Below, one piece after another: positions 42,208-54,268 of a stretch of 64,000 bases of DNA. Where the stretch lies: assembly GCA_964016885.1 (NCBI GenBank), contig OZ024754.1, positions 44,144,001 through 44,208,000 on the forward strand, given 5' to 3'. The DNA comes from Eledone cirrhosa. Its lineage: Eukaryota. The notes beneath the pieces are model-generated. The model saw nothing but the letters and a program-made list of their open reading frames with translations. It was not told the origin of the DNA and did no database searches. Position 1 is the first letter of the stretch; every line of letters starts with the position of its first letter. Made by a program: the position numbers and the translations under genes.

Positions 42208-42494
42208 AGGCATGGGCATCCTTTTTCGAGAAGCGGGTCGCATGAGATATGACTCATCATCAGGCGGGCCGCAAGCGCTAATTTACATTCGTGCCGACAT
42301 TAAAACAAACGGGTGGTAACTCAGGTTGTTTTGTTTTGTTTCTTCAGAATTCGTACACGCTGTTTTCCTCGATCGTAAAAATGATAGAAAGATAAATTAC
42401 GACTGAAATTTTGGGGTAAAAAAATCAGAAAGATTTCACTTAATTTGGGTGAGCCATTCAGAAAGCTTCGCGGGCCGCCTGGTTATCCATGGCT
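42208..42494. mobile_element. hAT-like MITE inserted in RTE fragment
   Basis: CAGGCATGGGCA ... TATCCATGGCTG ends with internal GCGGGCCGC motifs; the 8-bp TSD is not clean. Confidence 0.55.
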
Positions 42495-43865
42495 GCTTTA
42501 CTTCTTCGAACTGAGATATCACAGCTCCGATATTACAGGTATGTGGTTAGAATGTCTCAGGAAAAAATCGTTGGAGAGATTTTATGGGCATAACATGTAT
42601 GCGTGTATGTATACACACATGCATGTATGAATGTATACATACATACATGCATGTATCTATGTATATATACATGTATGTATGTATGTATGTACGTATGTAT
42701 GTCAACAAAACCTGTCAAAGGGCAAAGGAGCTCTTAAGAGTCAATGGCCATCCAAAATCACCGGGAGAGATGACCCCTTAGCCTTTGTCAAGGCAGAATT
42801 CTAGGAGAAGGAAAACTCTGATATAACACCTGCAACCCTGATGGTATCCAATGATGTTGACTTGTTCTTCTTTTTGGTAAATATCATCTTGGTTAAGAGA
42901 GTGGGACTGGCTTTGTGCAGTGCCTTTGCTCACTATAAAAGCTTCACGGCACAGGCATTGCTTTATATCTGGAGATCTCTCTGCACTTGTCGTCACATGG
43001 TACCATGGGCCCAGCACTATGTGTCAGTAATTGTCACAAGTGTAGTGTTTGTACCAGAGTATTCAAGTCGCTGGCTGGACTAAAAAGTCACACTTGTTCA
43101 GCGCATCGGTAGGGGTTCTCCTACATGGATATAAAGTAGTGGCCGTACTCGAAAACGAGTTGGCAGCCACCATGTATGTATGTATATTCTTCTGGTTTTA
43201 TAATTTCAGAAATTTTTACCAATAGAGAGAGTCAGTTTGTAACAGACACAAGACTCTCATTGGAATTTACACATCTCACGAAGCGTATGCAGTTAAAAAT
43301 GTGTTAGTGTGTGTGCATATATATGTATGTGTTTGTGTGTGTATGTATGTGTATGAATATATGCAGCTAGGTGTGTGTAAGTGGATATATACGTACGTAT
43401 ATGTATATGTGTATATAGATGTATGTAGCTAATTGAGTGTGTATATATATGCGTGTATGTATTTTTGTGTAAATATATGTGTGTATTATGTATGAATGTA
43501 ACTAGGCGTATTTAGGTGTGTATAGCTGTGTGTATGTGTGTGTGTGCGTTAATCTATGTTTATTAGTAAACGATAAAATTCATGCAGCATCATGTACTGG
43601 AATTCACACACACATACACATACACACATACACATACACACATTCATGCATATATACACATGCACACATACATACTTACACACATGCATATATACACATG
43701 CATACATACTCATGCACACAAACATACGCATATATATATATATGTATATATTTGTATATATATATACATACATATATAAATATACATGTATACATATATA
43801 TATATGTATATATTTGTATATATATATATATATATATCTATTCATACATATATAAATATACATGT

Positions 43866-43944
<79 letters not shown>

Positions 43945-44944
43945 TTTATGTATATACGTATATATATGCATATTTATTTATGTATGAATAGATATGTATA
44001 TATAAATATATATGCGTGTGTGCGTGTATATATATAAAAACGTAGGTATGTATATGTGTGTATATATATGTAAATGTACATGTGTGTATGTAGACCACTT
44101 GCTATTAATTTTCCGGCATTTAATCAAAGAATAACATTCCCTAAGTGCGACCACTGAAATGCAACAACAACAACAACAACAACAACAACCATAATTATTA
44201 ATAGAAGTGAAAAATCTCACACAATGTATTGTGTCCAACGACACCAACACCACCACCAGCACCACCAACACCACCACCAGCACCACAAACACTACCCCCC
44301 CCCCCTACCGTAACTCGGATATTTAAATCTCAAATTATTAGAAGCCAGACATCACAGAACCAGAAAGAAGACAACTAGTTAGGAAATTACAAGTACAATC
44401 CACTAATGGAACAGTAAATATGTAAAAATATGTAAAACATTCCCCAAATCCTGCAAGTAATAATTGCATATACACATATACAGATACTAAGCATATACAC
44501 ATGCACACATACAACTCAAAACATCCACATCCACACATGCAATAACATCCATATCTACACATGCAGACATACATATCTACCTAGTTGATGTTGTGTAAAT
44601 TCCAATGAGAGAGTCTTGTATCTGTTAGAAACCGACTCTCTCTCTATTGGTAAAACTTTGTGAAATTATAAAACCAGAAGAACATACATACATACATACA
44701 TACATATATACATATATACATATATACATGAATACATACATACATACATACATACCCACATACGCAGGTACGCACAAACATACATACGTAAATACGTACA
44801 TATGTACGTATTTACGAACGTACATACGTATGTACATGCTTACGTACGTTCATACATACATACATCCGTACGTACATACATATATAAATACATATATACA
44901 TACATACATAGATAAATAAATAAATACATACATACATACATACA

Positions 44945-45005
<61 letters not shown>

Positions 45006-45136
45006 CCGTCGAAACGGCTTGAGCTCTGCCGTCGGGGTCATACATTTTCCTATTACCCACTCTACTAACCTAAGTATTGAGTACTCTGGTGCGTTATAGT
45101 CCATCTGGTTCCTTACCACAACTCCTTCGTTATATA

Positions 45137-45170
<34 letters not shown>

Positions 45171-45548
45171 CCAATATAGGCACATATACTATATGAGGGA
45201 GATTGAATAATATTACTTTAATTGCATAGTTAGAACTTTCTTTGTCAATTCACTAGGTTTACTTAAACCAATAATTTTAGAATCAATTTAGCAACCATTT
45301 ACCAATTCCTTTCACATCTGCCTATATCTCAGCTGTGTTATTACAGAAGATTTGTGAAGTGAATAGTTTCTACTGAACATCACAGACATTTCGACCCGGT
45401 TAGTTGCTAACCACCGTCTTTGGAATACTAACAATGTTAATATTTTTCATATGAGTTCAGATGAATAACTGTTTTCTAAATATGGTATTAGACACTTGGA
45501 AGAGATAAGAGAAAGTATGTGATGTTTTTAATTTTATTAGATATACAA

Positions 45549-45716
45549 CTAGCAAAACACCCTTCGCCATTGTAAATAAAGACCCACACACTCTCTCTCA
45601 TCAACAGGACTGTCTTTAAATCGCCCCAGAACTCTGCTATTTTAGGATGGAAACTGTGGAAACGCATAGACTGCATAACAGACAGACAGACAGATATTTT
45701 CGTTTATATATATAGA
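45549..45716 (-). mobile_element. Non-autonomous Helitron-like element
   Basis: Shares internal sequence with 14244-14506 and ends in CTAG. Confidence 0.6.
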
Positions 45717-45938
45717 TTCCGAGGTTAGCTTTGCCTTTCATCCTTACGAGGTCGATAAAATAAAGCAACAGTAATACACTGGGGTAGATTTAATCGACTT
45801 CCCCTTCAAACTGCTGGCCTTGTGCCTAAAATAGAAACGATTATTATATAAAATTTTCACCAATAGAGGGAGAGAGCCGGTTTCTAATATAGACACAATA
45901 TACTTTCACTGGATTTTAGACATGAACTAGGTAAATAC

Positions 45939-46066
<128 letters not shown>

Positions 46067-46091
46067 GTGTGCGCGCGCGTGTGAGTGTGTG

Positions 46092-46199
<108 letters not shown>

Positions 46200-47320
46200 A
46201 AACACAAATCAAATTAATCACGATTGTTGCCCACTCACTCGATGAAAACAAGGAATAGATTCTTGAATCATATTGGGCCCATCAGATTTAGCGGGATTAA
46301 TCAATAAAATTAATAATTAATAATATCAATAATTACCCAGACCTCGTGGTTTCTAATGCAGTAGAGTGCACATCGAACAGTGAATTATGTAAGCAATCTT
46401 GAACCAGCAGATTTTCATCAGTGGGATTTATCCGACATTCGCAGATCTAATACACAAGTTGAAATGTCTCTCGTACATTAACGTGGTAGAAGTGTTTACG
46501 TTCAACATTCCATGACCTGTCGATGAGGTCACTGTAACGCTATTAGTGTGAGAATTGAACACGGGAATACAGGAAAAATGTTTATTACGACATCGAAAGC
46601 CCTCGATTAGTTTCGTAAATAAATTTGTAAACCATGAGTGAAAATAGTAGTAGCATGTCCGAAATTAATCGAAATTGTTCTGCCAGGCGGCAGCACAAAT
46701 TGAATTAATCACGGCTGTTACTCATCCCCCCACTATATATAATGTGTGCGTATGTGTGTGTGTGTGTATGGTGTGTGAGAGAGAGAGGGAGTGTGTGTGT
46801 GTAAGCATATAACATACTTTTGCGCCCACCAGTTCACTCAGAAGGATTTAGTCAACAAGAGGTCACGATTGAATATATTTACCAAATGTATCGTGCAGTG
46901 GTATTAAATCCTCAACCACGCCGTTGCGAGAGTTTATCACTGGAATTAATGAATGTCTCGACAATTATCTTTCGTAACCAATTTCTGTTCATTCATATTT
47001 AAATTAGTGTTAACGTGATTTAATGCATGGTGTATTTAAAAGGCTAATTATAAATACAACAAGTAGGAAAAATAACAAAACAAAACAATAATAAACTACA
47101 ACTAACATGAAAGACAACCTTTTAAGAGTGATTAGAGCGATGGATATTTTCAAAGCGAAGATAATTGATGATGTTAAAGATAGAATTGTTATAAGCTACT
47201 TGAGAAAGATGGATGAAAAATGTTTTAAATGTGGTACATCAGTGCGGTCAAAGGGGAATGTTTTTTAATAAAATTTCATAGAAATCCTCCCTTCAGTTTG
47301 TGATAATGGAACGATGTGGA

Positions 47321-48636
47321 TATCAACACCTGAGTTTTAAAGAACTTCCCCTTCAGTGGTGTTGTGGTAATGTACAGGTGTGATATATCACCTCCTGAGT
47401 TTTAAAGAACTTCCCCTTCAGTGGTGCTGTGGTAATGTACAGGTGTGATATATCACCTCCTGAGTTTTAAAGAACTTCCCCTTCAGTGGTGTTGTGGTAA
47501 TGTACAGGTGTGATATATCAACACCTGAGTTTTAAAGAACTTCCCCTTCAGTGGTGTTGTGGTAATGTACAGGTGTGATATATCACCTCCTGAGTTTTAA
47601 AGAACTTCCCCTTCAGTGGTGTTGTGGTAATGTACAGGTGTGATATATCAACACCTGAGTTTTAAAGAACTTCCTCTTCAGTGGTGTTGTGGTAATGTAC
47701 AGGTGTGATATATCAACACCTGAGTTTTAAAGAACTTCCCCTTCAGTTGTGTTGTGGTAATGTACAGGTGTGATATATCAACACCTGAGTTTTAAAGAAC
47801 TTCCCCTTCAGTTGTGTTGTCGTAATGTACAGGTGTGATATATCAACACCTGAGTTTTAAAGAACTTCCCCTTCAGTTGTGTTGTGGTAATGTACAGGTG
47901 TGATATATCAACACCTGAGTTTTAAAGAACTTCCCCTTCAGTTGTGTTGTGGTAATGTACAGGTGTGATATATCACCTCCTGAGTTTTAAAGAACTTCCT
48001 CTTCAGTTGTGTTGTGGTAATGTACAGGTGTGATATATCAACACCTGAGTTTTAAAGAACTTCCTCTTCAGTTGTGTTGTGGTAATGTACAGGTGTGATA
48101 TATCAACACCTGAGTTTTAAAGAACTTCCTCTTCAGTTGTGTTGTGGTAATGTACAGGTGTGATATATCAACACCTGAGTTTTAAAGAACTTCCTCTTCA
48201 GTCGTGTTGTGGTAATGTACAGGTGTGATATATCAACACCTGAGTTTTAAAGAACTTCCCCTTCAGTTGTGTTGTGGTAATGTACAGGTGTTATATATCA
48301 ACACCTGAGTTTTAAAGAACTTCCTCTTCAGTTGTGTTGTGGTAATGTACAGGTGTGATATATCAACACCTGAGTTTTAAAGAACTTCCTCTTCAGTTGT
48401 GTTGTGGTAATGTACAGGTGTGATATATCAACACCTGAGTTTTAAAGAACTTCCTCTTCAGTCGTGTTGTGGTAATGTACAGGTGTGATATATCAACACC
48501 TGAGTTTTAAAGAACTTCCCCTTCAGTCGTGTTGTGGTAATGTACAGGTGCGATATATCAACACCTGAGTTTTAAAGAACTTCCCCTTCAGTCGTGTTGT
48601 GGTAATGTACAGGTGTGATATATCAACACCTGAGTT
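47321..48636. repeat. Tandem array of 20 full 65-bp units plus a partial unit
   Basis: Unit TATCAACACCTGAGTTTTAAAGAACTTCCCCTTCAGTTGTGTTGTGGTAATGTACAGGTGTGATA starts at 47321, 47386, 47451 ... 48621; no unique spacers. Confidence 0.97.
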
Positions 48637-48800
48637 GTTTGTGCTGTGGTAAGGAACAGGTGTTAATGCCGCCTTCTGGTTTTACAGAACAGTTCAATTC
48701 AACTACTGATCGACTGCCATCGAATCCGTCGACTGCCATCACATTTACTTGTCTCAACCAATCAGAAAGCAGGACAGCTGCAGTTTCCATTTTTATTTTC

Positions 48801-48881
<81 letters not shown>

Positions 48882-49081
48882 TGATGGTAGCTAAGATGCT
48901 TCCATAGGCGGTATGCCTATGTGAGAGAATATGCTCCGAAATCATTAGACATGTCTGTCGAACCTGCGGGTCCAGAATCAGAGAGATCCACACAATGATC
49001 GCGTCTCGAGCTGTCCGCCGGCGAAACGATTGTAACACACAATAAATTGAGTTCAGATGCATCACTGATTTTTCGTTTTCT

Positions 49082-49136
<55 letters not shown>

Positions 49137-49394
49137 AAATATATATATGTGAGTAACTTGTAGTTACTAGCGGTGACGGAGGTTGAAGCACTCTATGCTG
49201 TTACGGGGTCCGTCTCTCGTTGGGTTGTGCTCCAGGCTTAAGGCGGCTGTAGTTTGCAGAGTGTATATTTAGAGTAACAATAAGAATTGCAGCTTTTTGT
49301 GAAACCCGAGCTGATCGATATAGAAACAATTGTAATATGAAATAAAGTTTCACAAAAAGCTGCAATTCTAATTGTTACTCTACATATACACATA

Positions 49395-49460
49395 TAGATA
49401 GATAGATGGATAGGTAGATAGTCAGATAGATAGATAGATAGATAGGCAGATAGATAGATG

Positions 49461-49552
<92 letters not shown>
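49395..49552. repeat. (GATA)n microsatellite, 3' flank/tail of the LINE
   Basis: Direct reading; includes GGCA, GGAT and GGTA variant units. Confidence 0.95.
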
Positions 49553-52500
49553 TATTTCTTTTATTTGCCACTAGGGCATCAAAAGTGGGACAAGTACAAA
49601 GGGGGGAGTTTACACAAAAAGGCGTCCTCAATAAGGAGGAGGCAATAACAAAATATAAAAATAAAATAAGATATAACAAAAAATAAAATTTTTAACAAAA
49701 TCCTCAATAGAGAGGAGGCGCCTTGGGGGGTCGCACACACCCCCGAAAAAAGTGTGCAACCCTTCTCCTCAGGAGCACAGAGAAGGGGTGCTCCCTTGGT
49801 CTTTCATCTTCCTCACCTATAGTCTGATGTAGAGTGAAGGCCCATTCACACGGGCCATTCTCGCCACTTTCACCCATCTTTCATAGAAACGGCTGGGGTG
49901 CAGCACCTCTCTCTCCATCCTGATCCTTCTTCCGAAATGATATCGGAAGAAACGGACCAGTTGTTGGCCAGAGAGAAAGGTGCCCGACCTCAGTCCTTTC
50001 AGACGCGTCCACCATACAACCTCTTTCGCCATGGCTATTACGCACAGAAACACCGCCTCTGCTTCATCTTTGAAGGGGGGAGGCGGCTTGATCATTACAA
50101 TAGACTCGGTGGTCAACCGGATCGGTCCCACCCTTGACAGCAGTTGTTCGACATAGCCCCACAGATCGGCTACGCCCGAGCAGTGTACTAATGCGTGTGC
50201 AACGGTTTCCTCGTCGCACACGCATCTGGGACAGATCTTTTTGGCGGGGTCCCTACCCGGGCGCCCGTGTCTGTAGAGCCTTTCTCGAACGGGTAAAGCC
50301 CCTCGGTAGCACTGCCAGGCCAGGGACTTCTGGAAGTTGTCCATAGGTCCCGGGCTGAATGTCCTACCGAAAAGGCTGGCCAGTTCGTCCTCCTCCATGT
50401 CTAGGGCTTCTCCGAGGGCGTCGTCGCACCTGCTGCGTACCAGCCCTCTATAGAATGTTGCGGTGGAGTCTCCACTGATAACCGGATCCGCCTGCCAGAG
50501 GGCGGTGAGCGCCTGGGCACACTCAGTGTGCCAGGCGCCCAGTTTTCTCGGTCTTTGCTTGACCCAGGATTGCAGCTCGGTGAGTGAGACGAGTCTGGGA
50601 AAGGTTCGTCTCACAAACGAGGCCCACACCGGTTGTCCGGTGAGGAATACGTAGAGGTGCCGTAGCCTTAATGCGTGTTTACGCATCATTAGCCACGGCA
50701 TCCCCAGCCCTCCTTTCGAAGGGTGTTGACAGCAGATGGATCTCCTCACCATAGGAGCCCGCCTCTTCCAAAGGAATTGGAAGAGCGCGCGCTCCATCTT
50801 GGTGAGGGTTTCCCTTGGGCAGGGCACTACGGTCAGGCGGTAGTAGATGACGGACGCTATGTAGGTGTTCGCCACCTCCGCCCGACCTTTCAGGGATAGT
50901 TTGCAACTGGCCCACTTCTGGGTCAGTGCAAACACTCTGTTCGTAACCTCCGCCCAGTTTTTCTCCACCTGGAGGTCCGGTCCGAACCAGACCCCGAGCA
51001 ACTTCACCGGGCCCTCCGTCCAGCGTCCGACGACGCTATCGGAGGGCATCGGTCTGCCCCTCCACGTGCCGAGTTGCAAACCGATCGACTTGTCCCGGTT
51101 CAGCTTAGCCCCTGTGAACTTTTCGTACTCCTCCAGTAAGGTGCCGACCGCCTCGATTTCGGAGGCCGTCGACACCATTACTGTCACGTCATCGGCGTAG
51201 GCCGACACCGCTTTCCGCAATCCCGGTTCCAAAGGGATGCCCTGCAACAACTCCAACTTCCGCAGTAGTGGCTCGAGAGTCAATACATACAGAAGGGAGG
51301 AGAGAGGGCACCCTTGTCGGATGGACCGCGCGATTTTGAACGGCTCCGAGAGGTAGCCGTTCACCTTGACCCTAGAGCAGATGCGGCTGCTGTGCATAGC
51401 AGTGATCCAGCCCCTGAAAACGGGTCCGAAGCCTGCCGCCGCTAGCACCGCATCCAGGTAACCATGGTCGACCCTATCGAACGCCTTAGATTGATCCAAG
51501 TTGATCAGAGCCCCACCAAAGCCGGGTTCGTTCCCAACCCTCTCTATGATGTATCGCATGAGGTGGAGGTTGTCATGGATGGACCTGGACGGGATAGCGC
51601 ATGTCTGCGCATCTCCCACCAGGTTGCCCACGACAAGCGCCAACCTCTTTGCTAGCACCTTGGCCAAAATCTGTAACTCTGTATTTAGCAGTGTTATGGG
51701 CCTGAAGTTACTTATTTCGTCCCCCTTGTTCTCGTCCTTCCTCACTAGCGTGACTACGCCCTTGGTCACAGTACAGGGAATTCTCCCGTTCTGTTGCCAG
51801 TTGCAGTAGACCGCCTCGAGGAGATCGGGGAACAAGTCCGGCATAGCTAGATATAATTCGTAAGGAAGACCATCGAGACCCGGGGATTTGCGTTTGCCGC
51901 ATTGGCTCAGCACGTCCTCTATCTCAGCGGCCGAAATCGGCTCCTCGCAGGACTTCGCCTCCCTGTCCGAGAGGCGCGGCAGGCCGTCGAGGTATGGACC
52001 GAAGTCCACGTTCCCAACCGGCTCCCCGCCCCTCCCGAACAGTCGGGCAAAGTGCCTTTGAAAGGCCTCACACATCTGCTTAGGCTCAAGAATCGCCCGT
52101 CCATCCAGGTCTCGCAAAGACCGGATGGTGGATTTAGTTCCACTGTTGGCCTCTGTCACGCGGGCCCAGCTAACAGCTTTGGTCCCCTCGTTCCCTAGAG
52201 CACGTATTTTACTTCGGACAACGCAGCCTTCGTGCTTCGCGTCGAAAAACTGGCTCAAAGCCGTTCTCGACGCTAGCACTCTGGCCACGTCGCCGCTTCT
52301 AATTGCCTCTTCTACTCTATCTATTAGCTCCCTTTCCTTCCTATTCCTATCCGCAGCTAGAACCTTACTAAATTCTATCGAGACTACTCTAATCTCTCTC
52401 TTTAGAGATACCCACCACCTGCTGTTGACGATCGCTCCAGTCAACCGTTCCTTAACTAACGTACTAATCCGATTCCTGTAGGCTCTACTTGCCGGCAAGG

Positions 52501-53345
52501 ACAAGTTGAGCTTCCAGTAACCGGGGCCCTGTCTATGAGTTCTGTCAAGGTTGACCATGCAGGTCACTAATTTGTGGTCTGAATAGCCAACAATGCGCAT
52601 TTTTGGACAACTTAAAAAGTCCTTATCCTTAATTCTAACTAAGAACCTATCTAGGTACGACCTAGATGATCCGCTACGATTTGCCCAAGTCCAGGTTGGC
52701 GCAGTCGGAAAATCTAGTCGATATCTATCGGCCAGGTCAAATCGACCGATTAACCCTTTGAGGCTATTACACCCCTCTCTATCGGGGAAGGCCCCTACGT
52801 AGTCCCAGCGTGCATCTAGGATACCATTCCAGTCCCCCACTAATAGCAAGGAGCGGGACGTCCCTAGAAAAGTCTCCAGACGATGGAAGAAGTCCGGCCG
52901 CATTGACCCGAAAGGGCCGTAGGCGGCTACCAACCTAAACGCTCCGCCTTTACCACTGCCAAGGTCCAGAACCACTAGTCGACCCTCCGGGTCCAAATGT
53001 ACCATCTGTGTTGCGAGACCCAGATGTTTTTGCAGCAGAACGACAACTCCACCCCCACCTCCAGGCTGACAGAGAGATGCGTGCATCTCAAAGTCATCAA
53101 AGGTGGGGGCCAGCTGTCGCACGTTGCTGATCCGGGCCTCGCAAATAACCATCACATCTATACGTTGTGACCTGAGGTCATTTAGAAGCATTGCTTGCTT
53201 CCAAGTTGAGCCCAGGCCACGCGCATTTAAACAGCCTACTCTTAGCATAGCCATGTTGGTGGTGAAGAGAAAAGGCACTTACCTCTCTGCGTCCCGGGTA
53301 TCGGGCTGCACAATTTCCATTAGGGTGGGGGATGGGTTGTTGGGT

Positions 53346-53346
<1 letters not shown>
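49553..53346 (-). mobile_element. 5'-truncated L1/Tx1-like non-LTR retrotransposon inside a (GATA)n array
   Basis: GC-rich block with intact ORF2 and a ~260-bp 3' UTR ending GGCAAATAAAAGAAATA followed by (TATC)n; (GATA)n on both sides. Confidence 0.92.
49817..53254 (-). CDS. LINE ORF2 (APE endonuclease, reverse transcriptase, zf-RVT), L1/Tx1 type, uninterrupted
   Basis: Open frame from ATG at 53254 (the track starts at an upstream GTG, 53278). Motifs: LNARGL, GDWN, YLDRFL, SDH (APE); KSPGLDGLP, FRPITLLN, DQSKAFDRV, QGCPLS, YADD (RT); CPRC..ETVAHALVHC zinc knuckle. Confidence 0.96.
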   Translation of the reverse strand: MAMLRVGCLNARGLGSTWKQAMLLNDLRSQRIDVMVICEARISNVRQLAPTFDDFEMHASLCQPGGGGGVVVLLQKHLGLATQMVHLDPEGRLVVLDLGSGKGGAFRLVAAYGPFGSMRPDFFHRLETFLGTSRSLLLVGDWNGILDARWDYVGAFPDREGCNSLKGLIGRFDLADRYRLDFPTAPTWTWANRSGSSRSYLDRFLVRIKDKDFLSCPKMRIVGYSDHKLVTCMVNLDRTHRQGPGYWKLNLSLPASRAYRNRISTLVKERLTGAIVNSRWWVSLKREIRVVSIEFSKVLAADRNRKERELIDRVEEAIRSGDVARVLASRTALSQFFDAKHEGCVVRSKIRALGNEGTKAVSWARVTEANSGTKSTIRSLRDLDGRAILEPKQMCEAFQRHFARLFGRGGEPVGNVDFGPYLDGLPRLSDREAKSCEEPISAAEIEDVLSQCGKRKSPGLDGLPYELYLAMPDLFPDLLEAVYCNWQQNGRIPCTVTKGVVTLVRKDENKGDEISNFRPITLLNTELQILAKVLAKRLALVVGNLVGDAQTCAIPSRSIHDNLHLMRYIIERVGNEPGFGGALINLDQSKAFDRVDHGYLDAVLAAAGFGPVFRGWITAMHSSRICSRVKVNGYLSEPFKIARSIRQGCPLSSLLYVLTLEPLLRKLELLQGIPLEPGLRKAVSAYADDVTVMVSTASEIEAVGTLLEEYEKFTGAKLNRDKSIGLQLGTWRGRPMPSDSVVGRWTEGPVKLLGVWFGPDLQVEKNWAEVTNRVFALTQKWASCKLSLKGRAEVANTYIASVIYYRLTVVPCPRETLTKMERALFQFLWKRRAPMVRRSICCQHPSKGGLGMPWLMMRKHALRLRHLYVFLTGQPVWASFVRRTFPRLVSLTELQSWVKQRPRKLGAWHTECAQALTALWQADPVISGDSTATFYRGLVRSRCDDALGEALDMEEDELASLFGRTFSPGPMDNFQKSLAWQCYRGALPVRERLYRHGRPGRDPAKKICPRCVCDEETVAHALVHCSGVADLWGYVEQLLSRVGPIRLTTESIVMIKPPPPFKDEAEAVFLCVIAMAKEVVWWTRLKGLRSGTFLSGQQLVRFFRYHFGRRIRMEREVLHPSRFYERWVKVARMARVNGPSLYIRL

Positions 53347-53410
<64 letters not shown>

Positions 53411-53440
53411 GCAGATAGATAGATAGATGGATAGGTAGAC

Positions 53441-53494
<54 letters not shown>
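53347..53494. repeat. (GATA)n microsatellite, 5' flank of the LINE
   Basis: Direct reading; same variant units as 49395-49552. Confidence 0.95.
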
Positions 53495-53495
<1 letters not shown>

Positions 53496-53897
53496 CATTA
53501 TGCGAAGGACTGTGATTTTTTGCACGATTTTGAACAAACAAAAAAAAAACCGGCTCTCCTTACTCAAGGCGAATTTGAAATCGTCTTGAAAGAGGCAATG
53601 CCAGACATACAATTCATACAAAGGGCTAAACGATATGGAAGCATTTCGGTGCTCTTCAAAAGTGAGACCCTTGCGAAAAAATACTCAGTGACCCCGGTCA
53701 CCTCTGCCACACACACCTTTTCCCCTACATACATGGGAAAAAGAACACAAAGAATAAACATCACCAATATACCACCCAACATTAACATCTGGTGGATTCT
53801 GGTAGGGTTCTTGGAGGAGGATGAAGACACAATACAGTCGATTCCACAAGAAACACCTGGAACGGCACAAGCTTGGAAATGTTGGTCCAAATGCTAG
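53496..53897 (+). pseudogene. LINE ORF1-like (RRM-type) fragment, opposite orientation to ORF2
   Basis: [46 protein letters not shown]...PTYMGKRTQRINITNIPP resembles the RRM-like core of L1/Tx1 ORF1; apparent frameshift at the A-run near 53541. Confidence 0.5.
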
Positions 53898-54194
53898 TCA
53901 GACAGACAGACAGATACAGTCTGATATTCTAACATGGTTTCATACTGAACAACTAATCTTCTTATGGGATAAACGATTCTTGATTCCTATCTCGATGTTC
54001 TACCATAGCATCTCTTACGTCCATTGTCCACCAATAACCACCATTATTACTAACATAACAACAACAACAACAGCAACAACAGCAACAGCAATATCAACAA
54101 CAACAACAACAACAACAACAGCAACAACAACAACAACAACAGCAACAACAACAACAACAACAGCAACAGCAACAACAACAACAACAGCAACAGC

Positions 54195-54268
<74 letters not shown>

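Noticed and set aside
44390-44451. Candidate signal-peptide exon (MFYIFLHIYCSISGLY)
   Set aside because: Plausible acceptor but no homology or phase-chain support.
47321-48636. CRISPR array next to a reverse transcriptase
   Set aside because: Units are head-to-tail near-identical 65-mers with no unique spacers; no cas genes; eukaryotic context; the RT is an ordinary LINE ORF2.
49898-53354. Short plus-strand and alternate-frame ORFs overlapping the LINE
   Set aside because: Expected shadow ORFs of a GC-rich coding sequence; no motifs.
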